Assembly: GCA_964016885.1 (NCBI GenBank)
Contig: OZ024744.1
Span: 103,602,001-103,666,000 of the forward strand
Source of the DNA: Eledone cirrhosa
Lineage: Eukaryota
Length of the DNA stretch: 64,000 bases
Direction of reading: 5' to 3'
How positions within the stretch are numbered: the stretch's first letter is position 1; each line of letters starts with the position of its first letter. The translations under genes and the position numbers were made by a program. Shown here piece after piece: positions 53,701 through 64,000 of this stretch. Below the pieces are notes generated by a model. The model searched no databases. It was not told the origin of the DNA and was given only the letters and a program-made list of their open reading frames with translations.

Positions 53701-54174
53701 TGAGTTAGTCCCAGGGTTACTTACTCTAGTATGACATGTTCATAGTGATGCTAGAAATAGCAGATGTTATACCCGCCTAACAACTCAACAATTAAAGAGT
53801 AGCAATCATCATCATCATTTTATGTCCGCTTTTCTCTGCTTGCAAGGGTGGGATGGGAACTAATTCTGGCTTGATTTCTACAGCTGGATGCCCTTCCTAA
53901 CACCAACCTCATTTACAGTGAGTGCTGGGTGCTTTTTTGCCGTGGCACCTCCACGACCACTTTGCAGTGGAATGATAGGGACCCCAGTCCTATCATCTCA
54001 TTTCTACAGCTGAGTAAACTGGAGCAATGTGAAATAAAGTGTCTTGCTCAAGTACACAACACATCACCCAGTCTGAGAATTGAACTCACAACCTTTCGAT
54101 TGCAAGGCCAATGCTCTAACCACTAAGCCATGTGCCTCCCAAATATAGCAATATATATATATATATATAAATAT

Positions 54175-54510
54175 GAGTCAGTCAAAGCAGCTGTATCTTT
54201 GAGGATAGCTGCTGAGATGCTGAAAGCATCTGGGATAGTGAGTCGCACCATAACCACCTGTATCGTAAACCGAGTAATAAAAATGGTGTCATACTCAATG
54301 ACTGGCATGGCAGCAGCATCGAAAACTGCTACAAGGGCAAAGGTGATGCACTAGATAGAGAAAACAATTGAAATCAAGTTGATGTACCAGATTATGAAGA
54401 TCATAGAAAGAGTTATCACACAGCTGATTAAGAACCAAGTTAATTTAGATGAGATGCAGTTTGAATATGTGCCAGGTAAAAGTACCACTGATGCTCTCTT
54501 CTTTGTAAGG
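54175..54510 (+). mobile_element. RTE LINE fragment
   Basis: AAEMLKASG, YKGKGDA, MQFEYVPGKSTTDA. Confidence 0.75.
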
Positions 54511-54690
54511 TACATATATATATATAATTAGCTACAGCAATGACATATAGAGGTAATTAAGTTGTATATTCCAACTCATTCAGTCTGTCATAATAACAAT
54601 AGCATCCATCTGGAGAGATTTTTGAAAGTATAGCAGAATTCTAAGTGCACGTAATCCCGAAATTTTCCTCCCATTAGACAAATAACTTAA

Positions 54691-54912
54691 TTCTTTAGCA
54701 TTCAATCTAACCGTATCTGGCCAGAATTCTCTCATCTCTTTCTGTTCAAACCAGCCATAACTGGCCACTCATACTGACATTAAGGTATTGTTGTCAAAAT
54801 AAATAACATCAAACTCTCATAGATTCAATATTATGTGAGATAATTATGTAAGATAAAGCCTTTACCACAAAAAATACAATAATAAATATAGAGTAATGTA
54901 AATGCTGAAGAG
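54691..54912 (+). mobile_element. piggyBac-derived MITE (222 bp) with TTAA TSDs
   Basis: TTAA|TTCTTTAGCATT...AATGCTGAAGAG|TTAA; subterminal similarity to the piggyBac left end. Confidence 0.75.
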
Positions 54913-55029
54913 TTAAATTTCATAAATGAAAAGGGAGCTAACTCTATAAAGAAAAATTTTGGTAACTCGTGTTTCACAAAGAGACACCCTTCAGAATATC
55001 GGACAAGGATTAATTTGAAAAGTTGAAAA

Positions 55030-55560
55030 TATTAATCTGGTGTAGACCATTTTTCAGAACAAATTTCACTTCTTGAGGACAAGTGAAACAGTCGAGTCAT
55101 GAATTTAAGACATGTCTGAAAGTATATTCCCCTTTTCAGAGCTACACAACTGACGAAAGGTTTCCCTGTTGATGTAGGGGGTGGATCTTTCCAGTATCGC
55201 CTATTTAATGGAGAATGCTGTTCCATTTTCTTTGAGGTTCCACATGTAATTGCAAGCTGAGTGGTATGTCAGGATTATTGAAGGTCATTTCATGGTTCAG
55301 GAACCAGCTCTTAGACATTTTTACATAAGTGGAAGTCACTTCTGCTTCATACATCACTGCACTGTTGGACCAAGGGGCATACCTCTGGTCTTCTGTGTGA
55401 GCATTCATAAGGTGGAAGGTTATTGTATTTGTTGGTGATATGGGATTTCAGGCATTTGTTATAAGAGTAGCTTATTTTCACTGTGTAGCAGTTAAATATT
55501 TGCTAGTATTTATGACTCACAGGGAAGTGTGAATCTAAAAGTGTTAAAAATGTTCTACTT
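55030..55560 (-). mobile_element. Decayed Penelope GIY-YIG region
   Basis: AVMYEAEVTSTY..WFLNHEMTFNNP..RSEICS. Confidence 0.6.
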
Positions 55561-56399
55561 AAATTTGTCTTAACATTGAGCACAAATGGTGGCACAAACT
55601 ATACTAGACTACTGTCTAGATTTTTTTCTTTCTTTGTAGATATTGGGTGTTGTGCTCAAGTTTAGGGGATCAGCAAAATATTCTCTCCATCTCGCGATAG
55701 CAGATGTGGAAGAGAGTTTCTTATTATGAAGTCAACAGATTGTCTGCCAGAACACTTCATTTGCTGATCTGAAGTCGGATTCCATCTTAACCCCAAAGTC
55801 CTCCTATGTCTTAACTTTTGACTCTTTTACTGTCTCTTCTGCAATTCTTTGTGCCTGCTTGTACTACATGTGCAAGAAGGAGGACTTATTTCCAAGCCAA
55901 GCTTTGTAAGCTTCCTTCTTTGACCTCTTGATTGAACCAAGGAGTCTTCCTGCCATCTGGCACCACACCAGGACACTTTTGTCCACAGCATTTAACAGCT
56001 GAAGTAGAAACTGTTGAGCTAAACAATCTCCACTCTGTCCCAATGTACTCAGTTTTCTCGGGGAGTTCTCTAAATTTAGATGCAATAGTGTCTGCATACC
56101 CGGTCCTGACTTCTTTATCCTGTAGGTCACTCTGGACCTGCCAGTTTTGTAGGCTTCTTTAGCCTTAGGTCGTCTCAAGTTGCAGATAACTAGATGGTGA
56201 TCAGTTGACAGCTCAGCCCTTCACTTAACACAAACATCCAGCACAGAATCAAAGAGCCATAAATCTTGGTTATTGACTGAAAAAATACTATTATGAATAC
56301 AAGTGACCAAAATAGGGTTCCTTCCAAGGATCTTTGGTGTAATATTACATGATAGATTGTGCAGCACAGAAATCAGGGAGTCACTCCAAGTAGAACCTC

Positions 56400-59110
56400 T
56401 ACTCCGGATTGAATGATCACAGATTTGATACTACGAGAATATGGTTAGAATGTATCAGGAAAAATCACTGGAAAGTTCATCATTTTTATTTAATACTTCT
56501 TTGGTGAACAAAATTTGGATTGTTTCCTTGGCAGATAAATTACTCGGACAAGGAACATCAATTCAGTTTGTAGGCAATATTGTTATCCTGGAGATGCCAT
56601 ATATGGCTGGATAATGTTGAAGCAGTTCTCCAGGCTGGGTTTCTTAAAGTATGTTAGTGTTGGTAAAATCTTGTCTTAAATTTGCAGGCAGTTAATCCGA
56701 TATAGTCTTTGTTGGTGTGTTCTGTAGTGGTATTGCACACACAAGGCTCCATTTCTGGCATTTGTTGTTTAATGGACAATGATTTATGTCTGTGCAATTG
56801 CATGGTCTGGTTTCCTCCTCACTCAGATGTGCGTGGGGTCTATTAGAGTTCAGTTTGGCAGTGTTTGAGGATGCGATGATTTGTGCAAAGTTGGATGTGG
56901 TGCTGTAAGAAAGAATCGATACTTTCGTGAAATGCTTGAGATGGCATGCCTACTTCTATGACGGACACGACAATACACAAGAGTCTGACTAACAGGATAA
57001 ATATAGCTTCAAAACCTACAGGACACCTAAGCCATATCCTCTGCTCTCGCCATTTGAGGCTGACTTATTCAACCTGGTCAAAGGAGTTAAGTTCAAGCAC
57101 CGTACCAACTGATTCCAACAACAACTCCGCAATAAGATACGCGAATACCAAAGCACTGATAATATCCTCATGCACTCCACAAAACCAGCAATTTATACTT
57201 TGTCAACGCAAATAGTCACAATTACCTAATTTAGAACAGCTTGACTTCCACTTACAGAAAGTCTAATCAATGTATGATCAGGAGATTAATATGGAGGGAC
57301 ATAATATCACCTTCAGCCTTAGAATTCTAGATCAAATTGAAAATCTCATTTTTACCCTCAAAGACCATGAACTCAACAAAGTCAGACATAGGGAGGATCA
57401 GTAAAAGGATCCTGGATAAAATCATACCCAAAGTCAAGCAACAAGCAAGGTTCAGCTTATGGAATAGTTCACAAGAAGTCATCTGGTTCCTAAGTATCAC
57501 TGACAAAGCAAACGCTGAGTTCATCTAGTTTGACATCAAGAATTATTACGCCTTAATAACTAAACCCCTTCTGAAGGCTGCAATAGATTACGCCTGAAAT
57601 ATCACACCTATTAATGATCACTAAATTGGCATAATTCTCCACGCCAGGAAGACAGTCCTGTTTTTTGAAAACTCTACCCAGATAGAAAGGGTCCCAGACT
57701 CACCCTTTCGTGTTAGTATGGGAACAATTGCCTCAGTAGAGGTTACAAACCTGTTAGGCTTGTATATACTCCAGAAGCTAATAGAAAATATTTCCTGCTC
57801 CCAGAAAGGGCCTGTATAGGGGTGATAGGCTCATACCTTTCACTGGATACAACCCAAGTTGTACAGACTGGGTATGCAGATATTTCTTCAAGTTCTTCCG
57901 AGAATTAGGATTTAAGGTCACCTCACAAACGTCCTTCACCTGTACCAACTTCTTGGATGTCACCCTAAACTTGGAGAACCAACTGTACTACTCTTTCCAG
58001 AAAACCGATGAAAACCTACATTATATCCACCGACACTAACCACTTAATGATTATAACTAAGAATTTGGTAAAAAAACATCTCTCTCTATATATCACACCT
58101 GTCTCTTAACAAGCAGATCTTCCAGGAACATGTACTACACTACAACTAAGCCCTTACAAAAAGTGGATTTAAGGAAGGATTTAGTACCTAAGCCCCATTG
58201 GTAGCAGGTGGATCCACCACTCATGCAACATGACTTGCTTTAATCCTCACTCCAATGCTGATGTCACCACACCAATTGGGAAGATTTTCTTCAAACTTCT
58301 CAATAAACATTCCCCACTATCCCTAGCACATCATCAACAAAAACACAATCAAACTTTCTTACTATGCCACACCCAACTTTGCACAAATCATTGTGTCTTC
58401 AAACACTGCCAAACTCAACTCTAATAGACTCCACCCAGACTTGAGTGAAGAGGAAACTAGGCCATGTAATTGCATGGACAAAAAAATATTATCCATTAAA
58501 TAATTGTTTCTACTTTTGGCACAAGGCCAGCAATTTCCCAGTGTATTACTGGTACTTTATTTTATCGACCCCGTAAGGATGAAAGGCAAAGTTAACCTCG
58601 GCGGGATTTGAACTCAGAATGGCAAGGGCCGTAACTCTATGCGTCAAAGCATGGCGTCCGACCCTCTACCGATACTGCCAATTCACTAAACCTCTGTTGG
58701 CATTCATTATCCATTAAATAATGAATGCCAACAGCGGAACCTCTTGAGCAAGTGCAAATGCCATGATAGAACACACTAACAAAGCCCACATCGGATTTAA
58801 GACAAGATTTTACCAACACCAACATACTTTTAGAAACCCTGGAGAAATGCTACAACACTATTCAGCCATATATGGGATCTCTGCAATAACAAGATTACCT
58901 ATGAACTGAATTGGCTAGTATCCTTTCGTATAAAGTTCAAACTTTATACGAAAGGATACTAGCCATGAAATTTATGCTCTGAGGAAACAATCCAAATTTT
59001 GTTTGCCAAGGAACAACTATTAAATAAAAAGAATCAACTTGTGACCTCATGCAAACACTGGATTTACAAAATATACCTGAACTTCAAACCTTCTCACGAT
59101 CCAGGTAGGT
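56400..59110 (+). mobile_element. Decayed Penelope-like element (RT plus GIY-YIG) with an inverted 3' copy at about 56480-56915
   Basis: FDIKNYYALI, VSMGTIASVEVTNLLG, TNFLDVTLNL. The region 56700-56915 is the reverse complement of about 58355-58800. Confidence 0.75.
58500..58686 (-). mobile_element. Family-A SINE with TSD ATTATCCATTAAATAAT
   Basis: Family match; the TSD is visible. Confidence 0.9.
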
Positions 59111-60577
59111 AAGACACTTTTCCCAACATTCACTGTACATACACACACTTGAACATACACCATAAGTCATTATAGTTCATTTTCACACACTATTATGCAT
59201 CGGCAATGGCAAATACATACCTAGGTCTACATAGCCTATATGCACAAATGAGCACAAATCCACACAAAGTTCAATAGCAGACTCTAATAGCACACAGAAA
59301 TAAACACAGAACTAGCGCTTACTGATGCACATGTGCTGATGGGGCCACACTTAAATACACATATCATCAGCCAACAACACAAAATTAACTGTACATGCAA
59401 CCAACATATAAGCAGCTTATCTTGCACCTACACAAGCTGCACATCCAACCCTTAAGCTACATACAATTACTCCTAAATAGGTATACACCACAAGACTTTT
59501 CTAATAGCGGAATTAAAACAACAATACTCATCCAGGTACTCTGTTACAGAACTATCAATATCTAATTGCATGTGGATAGCCCCCAGACCACACATAGGTA
59601 CCCAAGAGAAATATATGTCCACTACATTGCATGATAAATAGTAATTACCCACACCACCTATTTCACTATAAATTCCTGAAATATAAGCACCACCACCCAC
59701 AAACAACTGCTCACACATACAGACACATCTGTAGACTGGCACAAACAAACATACAAGCTCAATAAGTAACTTATATACACACATACATATCTACATCACC
59801 TACACACAAACGTACCTACGCTACCTACACACATACACCTTTTGATTCCGTAGTACTAGAACTCATCAAAATTTGAAATATTAAAATAAAATAAAAACAT
59901 TAATCCACCCATAGTTTAAAGTAAATTCTTATTTACAATAACTAGCATACACACTAATATAATAAGTGTCACATACACCTACACTTGCACTCACAACTTT
60001 TCCACACACATGCATCTAACTTTGTACTACCAGAACCTTTCTAATTAAAATATGGTTATTTTAATTAGATGTATACTTCTGCCTATAATTTAAGGTAATT
60101 TAAGTGATATCTTAGCTACCAGCAACAAATGCAAAAAAACCTCAAACAAATAAACCCACTTGAAATTACAACAACAATACTGACTATATGATCTGTGATC
60201 TTTGGGGGCAACCAAAAAATAAATCCCTTTGACATTGGTCAGATTTACATTGGCACCAGTAAGTCTAGTGAAGAAGGCAGGATTTGCAGCTTGCTTTTAT
60301 GATGGCAGTACTATTGCCATTGTTGTCAATGGGAGCAACAACAATGACACAATTTACAATAATGAAGACTAATAACACTACATTATAATCAAATATTAAA
60401 CATATGTATACATACACACATTCTTTAAAATGCTTAACACTTCTCTAGAGAACATAAGTACCATAGAATATTTAATAGACATACTGTCAAACTCTTGTAC
60501 TCTACAACTAGAAAACTAGCTCAGAATATAGACACCATAAATAGGGATAGAATCAGAAAAATACGTAAATCTGATAA

Positions 60578-60760
60578 TATTGTTTCTACTTTAGGTACAA
60601 GGCCAGCAATTACCCATTGCCTTAGTGGTACTTTATTTTATCGACCCCGTAAAGATGAAAGGCAAAGTCAACCTCGGCGGGATTTGAACTCAGATCGTAA
60701 AGGGACGTAACTATGCTGGAAAGCATGGCGTCAGACCCTCTACCGATAGTGCCAATCCAC
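60578..60760 (-). mobile_element. Family-A SINE
   Basis: Family match. Confidence 0.9.
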
Positions 60761-61072
60761 ATTGTTATGTAGGAAGCATTGATACCCTCTCTGTACGTTG
60801 TTTGGCTGAGTTGAGCCAATCGCTATCAGCGTAGGGATATGTATCTCAACTTCCGCCCAAATGGAGAAATTCCGCTTCTTTTAATAAACTAATTCTCTTT
60901 GCGCGTGAACTGCGATAAGATAAACATCATTCCAATATGTAACTCCAAAACATTACCGCGGCCTGGCTTCTCACTTCAGCCACTGGACCGTGTCTTCTCT
61001 TACAGATCTTAATTTGTTTGTTCATTTGTTTTGGCATGCCAATCAAGCTTAATACAGCTCTTCTCACCTTAA

Positions 61073-63236
61073 CCCTTTAGTGTTGAAAGCGCCTGAAATT
61101 ATTTCCCCTTCATTTGTTCAAACCGCCCAAAAGTGCCCGAAAATACCTACACTAAAATATTGTTCTAAAAATAAACAAACCATCAACAAAATCTCATCAA
61201 TTCGAGACTACTGCGAGATTAGGCCTTTACCGCAAAAATTAACACTTAATATAGTGAAACAAGTTAAAGAAACTTTGAAAGTGCAACAAATTTTTTTTGT
61301 ATCAACATGGCTTCTGAAAGTAGTGATACCAACTCTGAAGGTTTTACACAAGACGACATTCAGAATAAACAAGAAACAAAAGATAATATTAGTGATATAT
61401 CATCAAAAGAATCTGATGTTTATATTTCTGAAATTTTGTCCGACGAAGATTGTTATTTTGAAAGTGAAAGTGAAGCAGATCTCCAGGGCGCCATTGAAGA
61501 TATTTCAGCAACATGGTCGAAAAATACCACACCAATGCATGTTCCCGATTTTGTTGAAAGTACTGGTCCACAGCATATATTACCTCCCGATGCTAAAGCA
61601 CTGGATTATTTCTTTTTGTTTTTGCCACAAACTTTCTTCGAAGTTGTGGCAAAAGAGACGAATCGATATGCCCAACAGCAGATTTCATATCGAAGAAAAC
61701 CCAATCAGTTATGGCGACCTACAGATGCTGTGGAGATGCAAGCGTTTTTACCATAAACATTATGTTTGGTATAAAACAATTTCCAAGACTGGAATTACTG
61801 GAGCAGTAATATAAGGTTTACCGACCCTTATATATTGAGTATTATGCCAAAAACAAGGTATTTGAAATTAAACCAATATTTGCATCTGGTTGATACTTCA
61901 AATGCCCCTGGTAGAAATTATGGGGAATCGCAAAGGGCTACCCCAAGAAATGAAAATCACAAAATTTAAAAAGAGAGGGGACATTCTCCAATTGCAAAAA
62001 GGGAACTTGTTAGCCACATTGTATATAGACAAGCGGCAAATTTTGTTCCTATCGTCTAACCAAGAACCAGGAGTTGGGGCTGAAGGTAAACCTTTAGTCA
62101 ACCTCTTCTATAATAAATATATATGGGTGGGGTTGACAAATCCGACCAATATTGCGCCTACTACCCAGATGGACGCCCTGGGAAGAAATGGTGGAGATAT
62201 ATCTTGTGGTTTTTAGTGAATTTAACCATTGTGAATTCTTTTATTGTATTCACTAAAAGCCACAAAAATCCGCCACCACCAAAGGACTACTGCCACATGA
62301 AATTTCGTGTAGACGTTGCCTCTCAGCTACGTGGAGGATATTCTTCTCATAAACACAAATCTGGGAGAAAGTCGAAATTATCTGAGGTAAACACGGAAAA
62401 TATTGATTTTCACAAAGTGGAGAAAATTAATGGGAGGAAGAAGGTTTGCCGAATGTGCTCTTTGCAAAAGAGAAAAACTGTTAAAGGTTATGCAATTCAA
62501 ACCACGTTTATGTGTTCATTTTGCAAAGTGCCATTATGTAAAGGGTGTTTTGGGCAGTATCATGATAGAAATATTGTCTGACAATATTGAAAAAAATATT
62601 TTAAAAATATATTGGAACACATTAGATACAAAAACGCCTGCATTCACCTGTGTCACAGCTGCATCACACCTGTTAATGAACTTATATATTGGGAACATTC
62701 TGTTATATAATTCTACTCAGTACATTATGTAAGAGTACATGCCAATATTATTTTGACTGGTGAAAGGGTTTTATACATTTTTTTCAATGAAAATATTTGT
62801 ATGAAATGTAGAGACAGACTAAAACCGTGTACTGATTATACCTGCATTTAAAATTAATTCACCTGTTTGGAAATGTGCTAAAATTGTTGGAAGTCAACAT
62901 CTAGGTCATTGTTGGATATTCTTTGTAACAAATCTAGCAGGTAAGTCAGATAAAGTTTTAATTTTTGTGTTTATCCATAAAGTCATTACTTTTACACCTG
63001 TTAATTAATTTCACTTGCCCATAAAAGTCAAATTTAACAAAAAAAAAAATCGGTAAAAATATACAATTGTAAATTATTGATATTTTAACATCTACTGACA
63101 AAATTTCAAGTCTGCACATAGAAAATTAAGAAAATTACAAACAAATGAAATTGATAACCCTCTTGAGTATGATTAACTCAAAATAAATGCGAACAGATAA
63201 GCATGACATTTGAAAATTAATGCGAATGCTAAAGGG
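61073..63236 (+). mobile_element. piggyBac with both TIRs and TTAA TSDs; central core deleted
   Basis: N-terminal ORF 61307-61756; C-terminal ORF 62123-62581 with MGGVDKSDQ, KKWWR and the Cys-rich CRMC..CSFCKVPLCKGCF..YH domain. Confidence 0.95.
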
Positions 63237-63439
63237 TTAAACATTGTTAATAAATTCTGTTACAACGAACTACAAATTGTCATCAACATTATCTTATCTT
63301 ACTTCTAAACTGGCTACTATTACATGCTGCTATACTGATGACATAATACATCATATGTTATAAACTGCTTCACTGCTGACTTCTGTTGATACACAATACA
63401 CAAATACAAATATTATCATTCTCATTTATATCTTATTAA

Positions 63440-64000
63440 ATACTATCTTCAGTTAGTTTAGAAGAACCACAGCTCACTAACCAACCCATCTTCTCCCCTG
63501 CAGTGGACTATATTCTGATTACCCCCAGGCGCAACAATATCATCAAGTAACGGTAAAAGGAGTAACTCTGCACTTCAGGTTATACAACCCAACAATGTGA
63601 CTCTCAAGGGATCCACTCCATAGGAGGGATATGCCTCATTAAAAATATAGTTTATGAATGTAAAATTATCACTAGCGACAGATTATACTCCTACATAGGT
63701 GCCACTGCAACAAATTTTAAGGAACGGTGGTACAATCATTGCCATTTGTTCAAAAGAAGTGATAAAAGTAGGAGAACTACTCTCTCAGAACTTACATGGA
63801 GACTGAAAATGAACATAGACAATTTGCTCTCTTGGTCCAAGGTTTGATCTGCACCCCACTATGGGGGACAATCTAATGCATGTCACCTATGTACCTCAGA
63901 GATCATGGAGATACTAAGAAGGGGGCCATTGGTGATCAATAAAAGACTGGACCTTTTTGTTAACTGCCTCCATAGATACGCCAAAACTATTTTGAGAACA
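63440..64000 (+). mobile_element. Penelope GIY-YIG fragment, running off the window
   Basis: NIVYECKI...YSYIGATATNFKERWYNH...TTLS...CHLCTSE. Confidence 0.75.

Noticed and set aside
61080-61814. 244-aa ORF in the piggyBac
   Set aside because: It is an alternate frame starting inside the TIR and is broken in the other two copies.
60763-63324. Possible solo LTR (TGTTATGTAG...CTATTACA) split by the piggyBac
   Set aside because: The termini are imperfect and no TSD was found, so it is not supportable.

Overview
This is AT-rich eukaryotic DNA, not prokaryotic. The SINE families, (CAT)n-tailed RTE repeats and CA/TA microsatellites suggest a coleoid cephalopod such as an octopus (inference). Most of the window is decayed or nested transposable elements: R4/Dong, RTE, RTE-X, CR1 and Tx1/L1-like LINEs, Penelope fragments with minimal hammerhead motifs, mariner, piggyBac, a Helitron and tRNA-derived SINEs. 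The ORF track is almost entirely TE fragments or microsatellite noise. The main non-TE signal is four + strand micro-exons of 36, 63, 27 and 60 nt (14347, 25391, 26348, 48538). All are symmetric phase 1-1 and open, and they sit in clearly paralogous intronic flanks (ATGTAGGATTGCTAT...CAG | GTAAGTTATAATTTA) although the exon sequences do not align. The window therefore appears to be part of a large micro-exon gene built by exon-cassette duplication. Other points of interest are a 388-bp target duplication, a twin-priming-type RTE inversion, inverted CR1 copies bracketing two micro-exons, and several near-perfect palindromes. TE boundaries without TIRs or TSDs are approximate.
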